DNA of 64,000 nt from Squalus acanthias. Lineage: Eukaryota. Where the stretch lies: NCBI GenBank assembly GCA_030390025.1, contig CM059425.1, forward strand, positions 171,680,001 through 171,744,000, given 5' to 3'. Below are positions 25,988-36,678 of this stretch, one piece after another. A program made the translations under genes and the position numbers. Position 1 is the stretch's first letter, and each line of letters opens with the position of its first letter. The notes beneath the pieces are model-generated. The model was given only the letters and a program-made list of their open reading frames with translations. It did no database searches and had not been told where the DNA came from.

Positions 25988-26338
25988 CACGATACATGAC
26001 GTGATCCGGACTCGAGTCGTCGTTGGCTTGTTCACAGATGTGATTCCCAGTAAAAAAGTAAAAATTTTCCCAGTAAAAAAGTAAAATTTTTTTACAGCTT
26101 ATCGTTTTACATACAGACGGCAGCTTTTGACACGTTAGACCCCCTACGACTCCACCTCATTGTCTCAGTTGTATCTTGCTATGTCTTTGATGTGGTACCT
26201 TCCTGGCTGACCTGATTAACTTTATCACACCTCGGCAGATAGTCAGGATGATTTAATTTAGTTGTCTGCAATTGTAAGGTACACATGCATTGTTCTCTAT
26301 CTATATATGCTTTGTCGAGTCTGTATTTCTTTACTACT

Positions 26339-26380
26339 TCACCTGAGGAAGGGGCGATCGATAGCTCCGAAAGCTTGTGA
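26339..26380 (+). ncRNA. Minimal type I hammerhead ribozyme (right pseudo-LTR)
   Basis: TCAC-CTGAGGA-A-GGGGC gatcgata GCTCC-GAAA-GCTT-GTGA, followed by AATAAA. Confidence 0.8.
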
Positions 26381-28961
26381 TTTCAAATAAAACTGTTGGA
26401 CTATAACCTGGTGTTGTGCGACCTCTCAATTTTGTCCACCCCAGTCCAACACCGGCATCTCCGCTTCATAAATAGAGGCATAGAGTACAAAAGGAAGGAA
26501 GTTATGATGAACCTTTATAATATACTGGTTCAGCCTCAACTGGAGTAGTGTCTAATTCTGGGCAGCGCACTTTAGGAAAGATGTGAAGGCCTTTGAGAGG
26601 GTGCAGAAAAGATTTACAAGAATGGTTCCGGGGATGAGGGACTTCAGTTACATCGATAGACTGGAGAAGCTGGGGTTGTTCTCCTGAGAGCAGAGAAGGT
26701 TGAGAGGAGATTTGATAAAGGTGTTCAAAATCATGAGGGATCTAGACAGAGTAGATAGAGAGAAATTGTTCCCATTGGCAGAAGGATTGAGAACACAGAT
26801 TTAAGGTGATTGGCAGAAGAACCAAAGGCGACATGAGGAAAAACTTTTTTATGCAGCGAGTGGTTAGGATCTGGAATTCACTGCCTGAAAGGGTGGTGCA
26901 GGCAGATTCAATTGTGGCTTTCAAAAGGAGTTGGATAAGTACCTGAAGGAAAAAAATCTGCAGGGATACGGGGAAAGGGCGGGGGAGTGGGATGAGCTGA
27001 GCTGCTCTTGTAGACAGCCGGCACGGGCTCGATCGGCCGAATGGCCTCCTTCTGTGCTGAAACCATTCTATGATTCTATTTTATGATTCTATCGGCTGGG
27101 GGTGGGGGAAGAAAGGATCGAGTCTGGTCATCGGAGTATCGTGGCTGGCCTCAGCATCATCGGTGGGGTGAGGGAGGATAGGGGGCTGGGGGGGGGGGGG
27201 GGGAGGCCTCATGGTGGGGTTCGGAGACCTGGGAAGGCGATCGGAGGCCTCCTGGGGGGGGTCTCTGATCGCGGGGGGGTGCGTTAGCTTGGGACACTGG
27301 ATCCAGGAGGTAGATATAAAGCCATTTACCTCCTGGATGCAGCAGTCCCCACCTTGGTTTAATTGCCGGGTTTCACAAATTGTGTGAAACCCATCCAGAG
27401 GCAGTTAATGGAGGTGAAAAAAGAGGCTTCCAGCCTCATTACAATATTTAAATTAAGGTAACGCCCCCTGGCAGCGGGTTGGCTGCCCGCCCCGCCTCCA
27501 GCAAAACCGGTTGGAGGCGGGATCAGGTCGGGAATCCCATTTTTAACAATTTAACTGACCCCACGCTCCAAACCCACCCGTTTTTTTTAGGCGAAAATTC
27601 CAGCCACTGAGTCAGAAGGTTGTGAATTCAAGCCCCGTTCTAGTACACAAGTCACAAGTCTATAATGTAAGCAGACAGTGTTCCATGTGAATGCTGCCTT
27701 GTGGGAGGTGCAATTATCAAATAGGCAGCAATTTGACGTACTGCCTGCCTCTTCCAGTAGTTCAAGTGGCATTCATACCTCAAAACACTGACTAGCCATT
27801 CATCTCCTTGGTGGGATGGTAATTTAGCTGTGTTCTACCTCCATCGCAGTAGTCACTTGATTTCAAAGTAATTTAATATAAATGAAACAATTTGAAACAT
27901 TTCTGAGACAATGATAAGGTTCAAGTAGTTCTTGCATACATAGCCGAGTTCCAAAATATTTCAGAACTGGCAGGCTGTGGACCACAGGTGGCCCACTTCC
28001 TTCACTGAATAGCACTGATCTAAATGTTCTTCCTCCTCACTTCCTGCAGCTCTTTCAATTGCAGAAGTTGCACTCTGTTAGACATCTTACACACACAGAG
28101 CTGCCGCAACCAGGGAAATAATTGTTATTGGGTTATATATTGCCCCACATGTGTTATAAAAAGGTAATGACACATGTTATTGCTTCCTCAAGATTTAAAC
28201 CATATTTAATTCAAAGACATTCTAATTATGCAGTTGATAATGTAGACATTTATTCTTTGTGAGACTGAACATATTTGATATAATGCTGCTGAACATTACA
28301 TTATAACCTGGCTAAACACAAAGCAACTTAATTTGAACAAATTTACTTTGGACTGAATCCAGAGGCATGTTTGAACAGTACACCAGCACCATCCATACTT
28401 AAAAATCAGAATACATAGGATCCAGAGACTGTTCAGGTCTCTGGTGTTATTAAGCCTCCAACAAAGCATCACAGTAATAAACCAGGGTGAATTCTGCTGC
28501 CTAAAGTCATGAGCATACAGGCTTTAATAATCTTACACAGGTCTGCATTACACAGAAAATAACACAAAAACTAAGTCCAAGATGAAAGGACTGATATGAT
28601 AGAAACATTTATTTATGGTGATGGTTTGAAAACTTTTGTGGCTGGTACAATACTGATTAGGCACACTTTTGCTCATGTTTCCCTCTCCTCTCTCTCCAGA
28701 AGGCACTGAATCTCGCAAGAGAATGGTTCCCTAAAAACTGGCGGTCCTTCTTTGTGTCATCCAAGCGGCCATTATTTATTTGTAAGCTCAGAGTGTCAGT
28801 AGGGCATTTTAAATGGCTGAACAATACCAGCTTTCAGGCAGCGTGAAAACCTATTGTAAAATTTTGTAAATCAGAATTTTGGAGCTCATTTCCAAGCTTG
28901 AAACAGATTTATTAAGCGGCCTTATTAACACAGATCATTCTATTGTTGACATTTGTGGCTG

Positions 28962-29640
28962 CCTAAATTGAATTTTTTTTTACTGCCTTCAAAAAGTGTT
29001 TCTGCAGTTAGTTGGATAGATTTTAGATGATATATTGTGTACATGTGCAACACTGTGTATATCCATAACAAATTTAAATAAAATCACATTTACAATTATT
29101 GAATTTTGTATATTTCATTTTGCTGAGCTCAGTGTAGCTCAGGTCATTGCTGCTGACGGTTCCTTCAGGTCACAGGGTCTCACACTTCCATATGCTTTTT
29201 ATTTGTTAATCACTACATTGAGGCAGAATATTTAACGTACATACAATACTGGCAACCAGAACCCAAGACTTCGATTATTTTAGAATTAGGCTAAAATATA
29301 CTGTAAAACACCCCAGGGCAGAGTACAATTTGAAAAACAATTCAGGCGCTTTTTTTGAACAACCAGATTCCAACAATAGTTTAAATAAAAATTGAATTAA
29401 ATAATGCAATAAATAAATTTGGAGAAATTAAATAACTTAAAAAGAAATAAAAATTCTGATTTGATTTTAGAAAGATATCCAAAGTTACCTAAATTAACTT
29501 TTTTTTACTCCCTTCAAAAAGTGTTCTGCAGTTATTTTGACAGATTTTAGATGATATATTGTGTACGTGTACAACACTGTATATCCACAACAAATTTAAA
29601 TAAAATCACATTTACAATTATTGAATTTTGTATATTTCAT
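28962..29640 (+). repeat. Interrupted direct duplication (~155 bp; 28962-29118 and 29488-29640)
   Basis: Both copies read CCTAAATT..CCTTCAAAAAGTG..GATTTTAGATGATATATTGTGTAC..GAATTTTGTATATTTCAT. Confidence 0.9.
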
Positions 29641-29940
29641 AACATTTTGATTTGTGAGAAAATGGAGTTTTAAGATCTTTAATCTAAAGGCAATTAACAA
29701 TAAATCCCAAAGTAATTATTTGGAATTGATATCCAGAACTGCTATGCATACCCAAAAACTGATTAACAGTTGATGGATTCTGAGCAGCGATTTTTAATTA
29801 GAATGTTAATACAGACAACAAAAATCTGTCCACATGAGCAAGGGCTATTGAACAAGAAATACAGACATATGCATAGTATTTACAGATCATATATACCAGA
29901 CAGATTGTTGATGATTTGAAACATAGGAACAGGAATGGGC

Positions 29941-30795
29941 AGTGGGCAGAAGCGTGGCAGATGCAATATAACGTGGATAAGTGCGAGGTTATCCACTTTG
30001 GTGTCAAAAACAGAAAGGCAGACTATTATCTGAATGGCAATAGATTGGGAGAAGGGGAAGTGCAACGAGACCTGGGTGTCCTTGTGCACCAGTCGCTGAA
30101 AGTAAGCATGCAGGTGCAGCAGGCGGTGAAGAAGGCAAATGGTATGTTCGCCTTCATAGCGAAAGGGTTTGAGTATAGGAACAGGGATGTCCTGCTGCAG
30201 TTGTACAGGGCCTTGGTGAGACCACACCTTGAGTACTGTGTGCAGTTTTGGTCGCCTTATCTGAGGAAGGATGTTCTTGCCATGGAAGGAGTTCAGCGAA
30301 GATTCACAAGGCTGATACCTGGGATGGCAGGAATGACATATGAGGAGAGATTGGGTCGATTGGGCTTATACTCACTGGAGTATAGAAGAATGAGAGGGGA
30401 TCTCATCGAAACATACAAAATTCTGACAGGTCTGGACAAACTAGATGCAGGAAGAATGTTCCCGATGGTCGGAGAGTCCAGAACCAGGGGTCATAATCTA
30501 CGGATAACGGGTAAACCATTTAGGACAGAAATGAGGAAGAATTTCTTCACCCAGAGAGTGGTGAACCTGTGGAATTCTCTACCACAGAAGGTAGTTGAGG
30601 CGAAGTCATTAAATATATTCAAGGATGAGTTAGATATATTTCTTAAAGCTAAAGGTATCAAGGGATATGGGGAGAAGGCAGGTACAGGGTACTGAGTTTA
30701 GATGATCAGCCATGATCTCATCGAATGGCGGAGCAGGCTCGAGGGGCCGAATGGCCTACTCCTGCTCCTATCTTCTATGTTTCTATGTTTCTATG
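29941..30795 (+). mobile_element. Young CR1 LINE 3' fragment (intact ORF2 C-terminus to stop at 30695)
   Basis: WAEAWQMQYNVDKC..LYRALVRPHLEYCVQFWSP..RGDLIETYK. (TTCTATGT)n tail. Near-TSD GAATGGGC/GAATAGGC. Confidence 0.95.
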
Positions 30796-31279
30796 AATAG
30801 GCCATTTGGCCCATCTAACCTGCTCTGCTCAATAGAAGATTTTTCAGGAACTTCTTGCCCTTAGTGTCAGACTATTATATATCACACAGTGAGAAAAACA
30901 CTTTACAGTGGAAGCAATCCCATTTTGGGAAACTTATCCCCAGCAGGCTACTTTGTCAGACCATGTAGGTACAGTATAGCACCTTCATACAACACAATGG
31001 GTTTCATTTTTTAAACAACCTAAGGCTGTCTTTCTGAATGCTTATGTGGCACTGAGTGCCATGTGGTGGCAGGCAGAAAAAAAGAAAAATGATTTTTTTT
31101 TTCAAGTATAAAAAAAACACTGCACACAGTACATTTATAATAAACAGCCTGGAGGGAATCTGCAGAGCTTAATGGAAGATGTCCTCAAGAAGCAATTTCC
31201 CACTGCCTGCTCAATCCAGATAACTGATCTGCAATCAAGTCATTATGAGTCAGGCCCAAGTCCCATTAGAATCAAGATA

Positions 31280-33095
31280 TATCGGCAATTTCAGCCTGTT
31301 CTTGCCCCACGGAACTGATTTTTCCCTGTCTCAACTATATTATTTCTCCCCTTGTCCAGTCTCTTCCCACCTACATCCGCGACTCTTCCGACGCCCTCCT
31401 CCACTTGAACAGTTTCCAGTTTCCTGGCCCCTACAGTCTCCTTTTCACCATGGACATCCAATGGGTGTCCTGAGCGCCCTCCGCTTCTTCCTTGAATGGA
31501 GGCCCAACCAGTCCCTATCCACCACCACCCTCCTCCGCCTGGCTGAACTTGTTCTCACATTGAACAACTTCTCCTGTGACTCCATTCACTTCCTCCAAAT
31601 AAAAGGTGTTACTATGGGAACCAGTATGGGTCCTAGCTATGTCTGCCTTTTTGTGAGATACGTGGAACATTCTTTATTCCCGTCTTACTCAGGTGGATTA
31701 TATCGGTGCCATTTCCTGCACTCGCCCCAAAATGGAAAATTTCATCAACTTTGCTTCCAATTTCCACCCTTCCCTCGTCTTCACGTGGTCCATCTCCAAC
31801 TCTTCCATTCCTTGACTTCACTGTCTCCATTTCTGGGGATAGGCAATCGACCAATATCCACTATAAGCTCACTGACTCCCACAGCTACCTTGACTACAAT
31901 TCCTCCCACCCCGCTTCCTGTTCGGACTCTATTACATTCTCCCAGTTTCTCTGCCTCCGTCGCATCTGTTCTGACGATGCCACCTTCCACACCAGTGCTT
32001 CCGATATATCGTTTTTTTTTCTCAACTGAGGATTCCCCTCCACCGTGGTTGACGGTGCCCTCAACCACATTCGTCCCATTTCCCACACTTCTGCTCTCAC
32101 CCCTTCCCCTCCCTCCCGGAATCCCAACAGGGATCTCCCTTGTCCTCACCTTCTACCCCACTAGCCTCCACATTCAACGGATCATCCTCCGCCACCTCCA
32201 GTGTGATGCCACCACCAAACACATCTTCCCCTCCCCTCCACTTTTAGCATTCCAAAGAGACTGTTCCCTCCGCGACACCCTGGTCCACTCCTCAATCACC
32301 CTGGTCCACTCCTCAATCACCCCCAACAGCACCTTTGCGTGCAAGCACAGGAGATGCAACACCTGCCCTTTTACCTCCTCCCTTCCCACCGTCCAGGGTC
32401 CCAAACACTCCTTCCCGATGAAACAGTGATTTACTTGTACTTCTTGCAATTTAGTATACTGTATTCACTGCTCACGATGCGGTCTCCTCAGCATGGGGAA
32501 ACCAAACACAGATTGGGTGACCGCTTTGCGGAATACCTCCATTCAGTCCGCAAGTGTGACCCCGAGCTTCCGGTCGCCTGTCACTTTAATTTGCCGCTCC
32601 ACTCCCACTCTGACCTCTCCATCCTCGGCCTCCTACACTGTTCCAATGACGCTCAACAGAAGCTCGAGGAACATCATCTTTTCATTAGGCACTTTACAGC
32701 TTTCCGGACTCAACATTGAGTTCAACAATTTCAGGTCATAACCTCGGCCCCCATTTTTTTGGAAGCAGCTGTTGGTAATGATTCTGCTATTCCCATTTAC
32801 ACCTCCTCTAGACCCATCTTTTGTGTCTTTACTTACCCCATTACCACCCTCTTTTGCCTTGCACCAACATCCCTTTTGTCATTTAATGTCTCCTGCCTTC
32901 CACCCTGTCACAGACCTTCCCTTTTGTTCTTTCCTCCTCTCCCTGCTTTCCCTGCCTCGGTACTTGCAAAAAACCTGCAACATTTCTAACCTTTTCCAGT
33001 TCTGATGAAAGGTCATCGACCTGAAACATTAACTCTGTTTCTCTCTCCACAGATGCTGCCTGACTTGCTGAGTATTTCCAGCATTTTCTGTTTCG
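31280..33095 (+). mobile_element. Degenerate Penelope-like element (second Neptune-type family)
   Basis: LVLTLNNF..QIKGVTMGTSMGPSY, FSQFLCLRRICSD, CKHRRCNTC, GETKHRLGDRFAEY, GLNIEFNNFR across frameshifts, then a pseudo-LTR. Confidence 0.9.
32998..33034 (+). ncRNA. Minimal hammerhead motif (stem III palindrome decayed, CG>CA)
   Basis: AGTT-CTGATGA-A-AGGTC atc GACCT-GAAA-CATT-AACT. Confidence 0.65.
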
Positions 33096-33496
33096 ACATC
33101 GGCAATTGTTGAACTCACACTGACATAGAGCTGATGTTCCCCTCTTTGCAATTTTCATTCTGTCAGAAGCGACATGTTGTCTACAAGTATTCCATTAACT
33201 TGTGAAAAATCAAGCTTTACCAGGTGACGGATTTATTTGCCTCTGGTATGGCTCTTTCACAACTGCGATAGAGACACATCATTGCTTTGTGACATCAATG
33301 ATAAGCCAAAGTCAAGTGATAAACTGAAATCCAGTGATTTTACACACCACTGATTTAAGTTCTCCATCCTTCTTTCCTGCCTCTTACAGTAAAAGAAAAA
33401 TCACAAGAACCTAGACGTGACTAACGCAATCCATTTGTAATATTCAGGACTTTCTTGCGGAGGATGACAAGATAATTTTCAACATTTTTTTTTCAG

Positions 33497-34290
33497 ACTT
33501 AAACTATGGCAGATGGAATTTAGTGTGAGGAAGTGTGAGATCATCCACTTCGGATCCCAGAAAGACGAATATGAATAATTTCTCAATGACGAGAGACTAA
33601 GACCTGTGGACGAGCAAAGGAATTTAGGTGCCCATGTACACAAATCACAAAGTAGACAGGTACAAAAAGTAATCAAAAGGCTAAAGGAATGTTGGCCTTT
33701 ATCTCAAAGGGGGCTGGAATACAAAAGGAAAGAATCAGAATAAAATAGTACAGCGCAGGAGGCCATTCAGCCCATCGAGCCTGCTCTTTCAAAGAGCAAT
33801 CCAAGTGATGCTTCAGTTTTAGAGAGCTTTGGTCAGATTCCATCTGGAGTATTGCTTTCAGTTTTGGACACCAAACCTGAGGAAGGAAATATTGGCATTG
33901 GAGGGGTTACAGAACAGATTCATCAGAGTGATACCGAGGCTTAAAGGATTAAATTATGAGGACAAGTTGTACAAACTTGGTTTGTATTCCCTTGTGTTCA
34001 GAAGGTTGAGTGGTGATCTGATCAAGGTCTTTAAAATGATACAGGAATTCGATAGGGTGGGTACAGGGAAACTATTTCCTTTGATGGTGGAATCAAGAAC
34101 GAGGGGACATAATCTTGAAATTAAAGCTAGGACATTTAGAAGGGAAATCAGGAGCACTTTTCACACAAAGGGTAATAGAAATATGGAATTTTCTCCCCCA
34201 TAAAGGAGATGCTAGGAAAATTGGAGTTTTCAAGACTGAGATCAACAGATTTTTATGAGGTAAGAGTATCAAGGAATATGGAACAAAGAC
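33497..34290 (+). mobile_element. Older CR1 3' fragment (tail appears to resume at ~36680-36765)
   Basis: WQMEFSVRKCEIIHFG, VRFHLEYCFQFWTP, SRTRGH. Confidence 0.85.
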
Positions 34291-34299
34291 ATGCATATA

Positions 34300-36678
34300 G
34301 GAGTAAAAAAGAGGAATATGGTGCATAAAAGAGTGAGTGTGTTGGATAGTACTAGAGGCGGAAGTAGTACCATATTAGATAGGAGCAGACGAAGAAAGAC
34401 TACGAAAAATTCAAAAATGGGTTTAGAATGCATGTACATAAACGCACAAAGTGTGGTGAATAAGGTTGGTGAGCTACAAGCACAATTAGCCATGTGGCAA
34501 TATGATGTTGTGGCAATAACGGAAACGTGGCTTAAAAACGGTGAGGACTGGACACTTAATATTCAAGGGTACAAGGTGTTCAGAAAAGATAGGGAAGGAA
34601 AAAAGGGAGGTGGGGTGGCAGTGCTGATTAAGGAAGACATTGTAGTGTTGGAAAGGGAGGATGTTCTTGAGGGGACAAGGACAGAATTCATTTGGTTAGA
34701 CTTGAGGAGCAAAAAGTGTATGATCACGTTATTGGGGGTATTCTATAGGCCTCCAAATAGTGAGAGGGAGGTAGAGGAGCAAATCTGCAGGGAAATCGCA
34801 GAGATATGCAAGAGCTATAGCGTGGTGATATTGGGGGACTTTAATTACCCAAATATCGATTGGGATAATGCTAGGGTAAAGGGAAAGGAGGGGGAGGAAT
34901 TTCTGAAATGTGTTCAGGAGAATTTCCTTGACCAATATGTTCTTGGCCCAACTAAGAAGGAGGCATTGCTGGATCTGGTGCTGGGGAATGAGGTGGGCCA
35001 GGTCGACCAAGTGTCTGTGGGAGAACACTTGGGTACGAGTGATCATCGTATCATAAGATTTAGATTAGCAATGAAGAGGAGCAAGGAACAATCTAGAGTG
35101 GAACTTCTACACTGGAATAGGGCTAACTTCAATGAGATGCGAAAGGATCTAGCCAGGGTAAAATGGAGCCAAAGACTGACAGGAAAAACTGTAACGGAAC
35201 AATGGGTGATCTTTAAGGAGGTGATGTTCCAAGTACAGGCTAGGTACATTCCAACAAGAGGGAAGGGTAAGGGAACCAAAGCAAGGGCTCCTTGGATGAT
35301 GAGGGAGATAGAGAAGATGATGAAACAAAAAAAAGAGGGTGTATGATGCATGTCAGGTGAATTCTTCAAGGGAGAACCAGACCAAATACAATAAGTTGAG
35401 AGGGGATGTAAAGATGAAAATAAGATTGGCAAAGAGAGAACATAAAAGGCATGTAAACAGTAAGCGGGTAGTAAGAGGCATGGTGGGGCCTATTAGAGAC
35501 AAAGAAGGTGATATATGCTTAGAGGTGCAGGGCAAGGCTAGAATAGCAATGAATACTTTGTATCGGTGTTTACTAAGGAGGGGGATGCTGACAAAATATC
35601 GGTAGAAGTGGAAAAGGTAGAAGCAATGGAAGGGGTGAAAATTGCGAGTTGTGGTAAATGGCTGTTTTTCCAGACTGGAGGATGGTAGACAGTGGTGTTC
35701 CCCAAGGGTCAGTGCTGGGGCCACTGCTTTTTTTGATATATATATATAAATGACCTGGATATTGGAATACAGAGTAGAATTTCTAAGTTTGCCGATGACA
35801 CCAAACTTGGGGGTGTGGCAAACAGTGATGATGATATCAATCGACTGCAACAGGACATAGAAAGGCTAGCAGAATGGGCAGATGGAATTTAATACAGAGA
35901 CGTGTGAGGTGATGCATTCTGGCAGAAGGAACAGGGAGAGGCAATATACACTTAATGGCACAGTTTTAAAGAGTGTGCAGGGATAGAGTGACCTGAGAGT
36001 TAATGTGCATAGATCCCTGAAGGTGGCAGGACATATTGAGAGAGTGGTTAACAAAGCACATGGGATCTTGGGCTTCATAAATAGAGGTATTGAGTACAAT
36101 AGTAGTGAAATTATGCTGAACCTTTTTTAAGCGCTGGTTAGGCCACAACTGGAGTATTGCGTCCAGTTCTGGTCACCACACTTTAGGAAGGATGAGAAGG
36201 CCCTTGAGAGGGTGCAGAGGAGATTTACCAGAATGCTTCCGGGGATGGGGGATCTTAGCTACAAGGACAGGTTGGAGAAGCTGGATTTGTTTTCATTACA
36301 GCAAAGGAGGTTGAGGGGTGATTTGATAGAAGTGTACAAGATTATGACGGGTTTGGATAGGCTAGACAGGGAAAGGTTGTTCCCACTAGTTAATGGTACA
36401 AGGACTAGGGGACACAGATTTAAGGTTTTGGGCAAGAGATACAGGGGGGACGAGAGGAAAAACTTTTTTACATAGCGAGTGGTGAGGACCTGGAACTTGC
36501 TGCCGATGGAAGTGGTGGAAGCGGAGACACTCAAGTGTTTTCAAGGGGAGACTGGAGGGAAATAAACTTGCAGGGCTACGGGGATAGAGTGGGGGAATAG
36601 GACTGACTGGATTGCTTTAGAGAGCCGGTACGGACGCGATGGGCCGAATGGCCTCCTTCTGTGCTGTAATAACTCCAT
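34300..36678 (+). mobile_element. CR1 LINE ORF2 with internal deletion near 35645
   Basis: Endonuclease domain, then a jump directly to the RT GVPQGS region. CR1 tail at 36630-36678. Confidence 0.9.
34417..35346 (+). pseudogene. CR1 ORF2 apurinic-like endonuclease domain (open frame)
   Basis: YINAQS, ITETWL, GGGVA, YRPP, GDFN, LDLVL, SDH motifs. Confidence 0.9.

Larger units (their letters stand above)
23862..26462 (-). mobile_element. Penelope-like retroelement (Neptune-type) with inverted pseudo-LTRs
   Basis: 15-bp TSD GCTTCATAAATAGAG (23847-23861 and 26463-26477). Near-identical inverted repeats at 23859-24299 and 25985-26427. Confidence 0.95.
22562..27092 (+). mobile_element. CR1 LINE, 5'-truncated, split by Penelope at 23862-26462
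   Basis: KSPGPDGMHPR, SQHGFVKGKSCLTNL, DFQKAFDKVPH, GVPQGS, ADDTKL. (TTCTATGA)-type tail. Possible TSD CGGCTG (22556-22561 and 27093-27098). Confidence 0.92.
21968..27605. mobile_element. PIF/Harbinger MITE (hosts CR1 and Penelope)
   Basis: TIRs GGCCGGAATTTT / AAAATTCCAGCC with 3-bp TSD ACT (21965-21967 and 27606-27608). Confidence 0.8.
21940..27935 (+). mobile_element. Old DeuSINE-like tRNA-derived SINE split into 21940-21967 and 27606-~27935
   Basis: GGCTCAGTTGCTAGCACT..ACT joins GAGTCAGAAGGTTGTGAATTCAAG once the Harbinger insert is removed. Matches the head of the SINE at 44197. Confidence 0.65.

Noticed and set aside
31245..32429. 394-aa ORF as a functional Penelope protein
   Set aside because: It drifts in and out of the true RT frame through frameshifts, and the catalytic YIDD region is disrupted.
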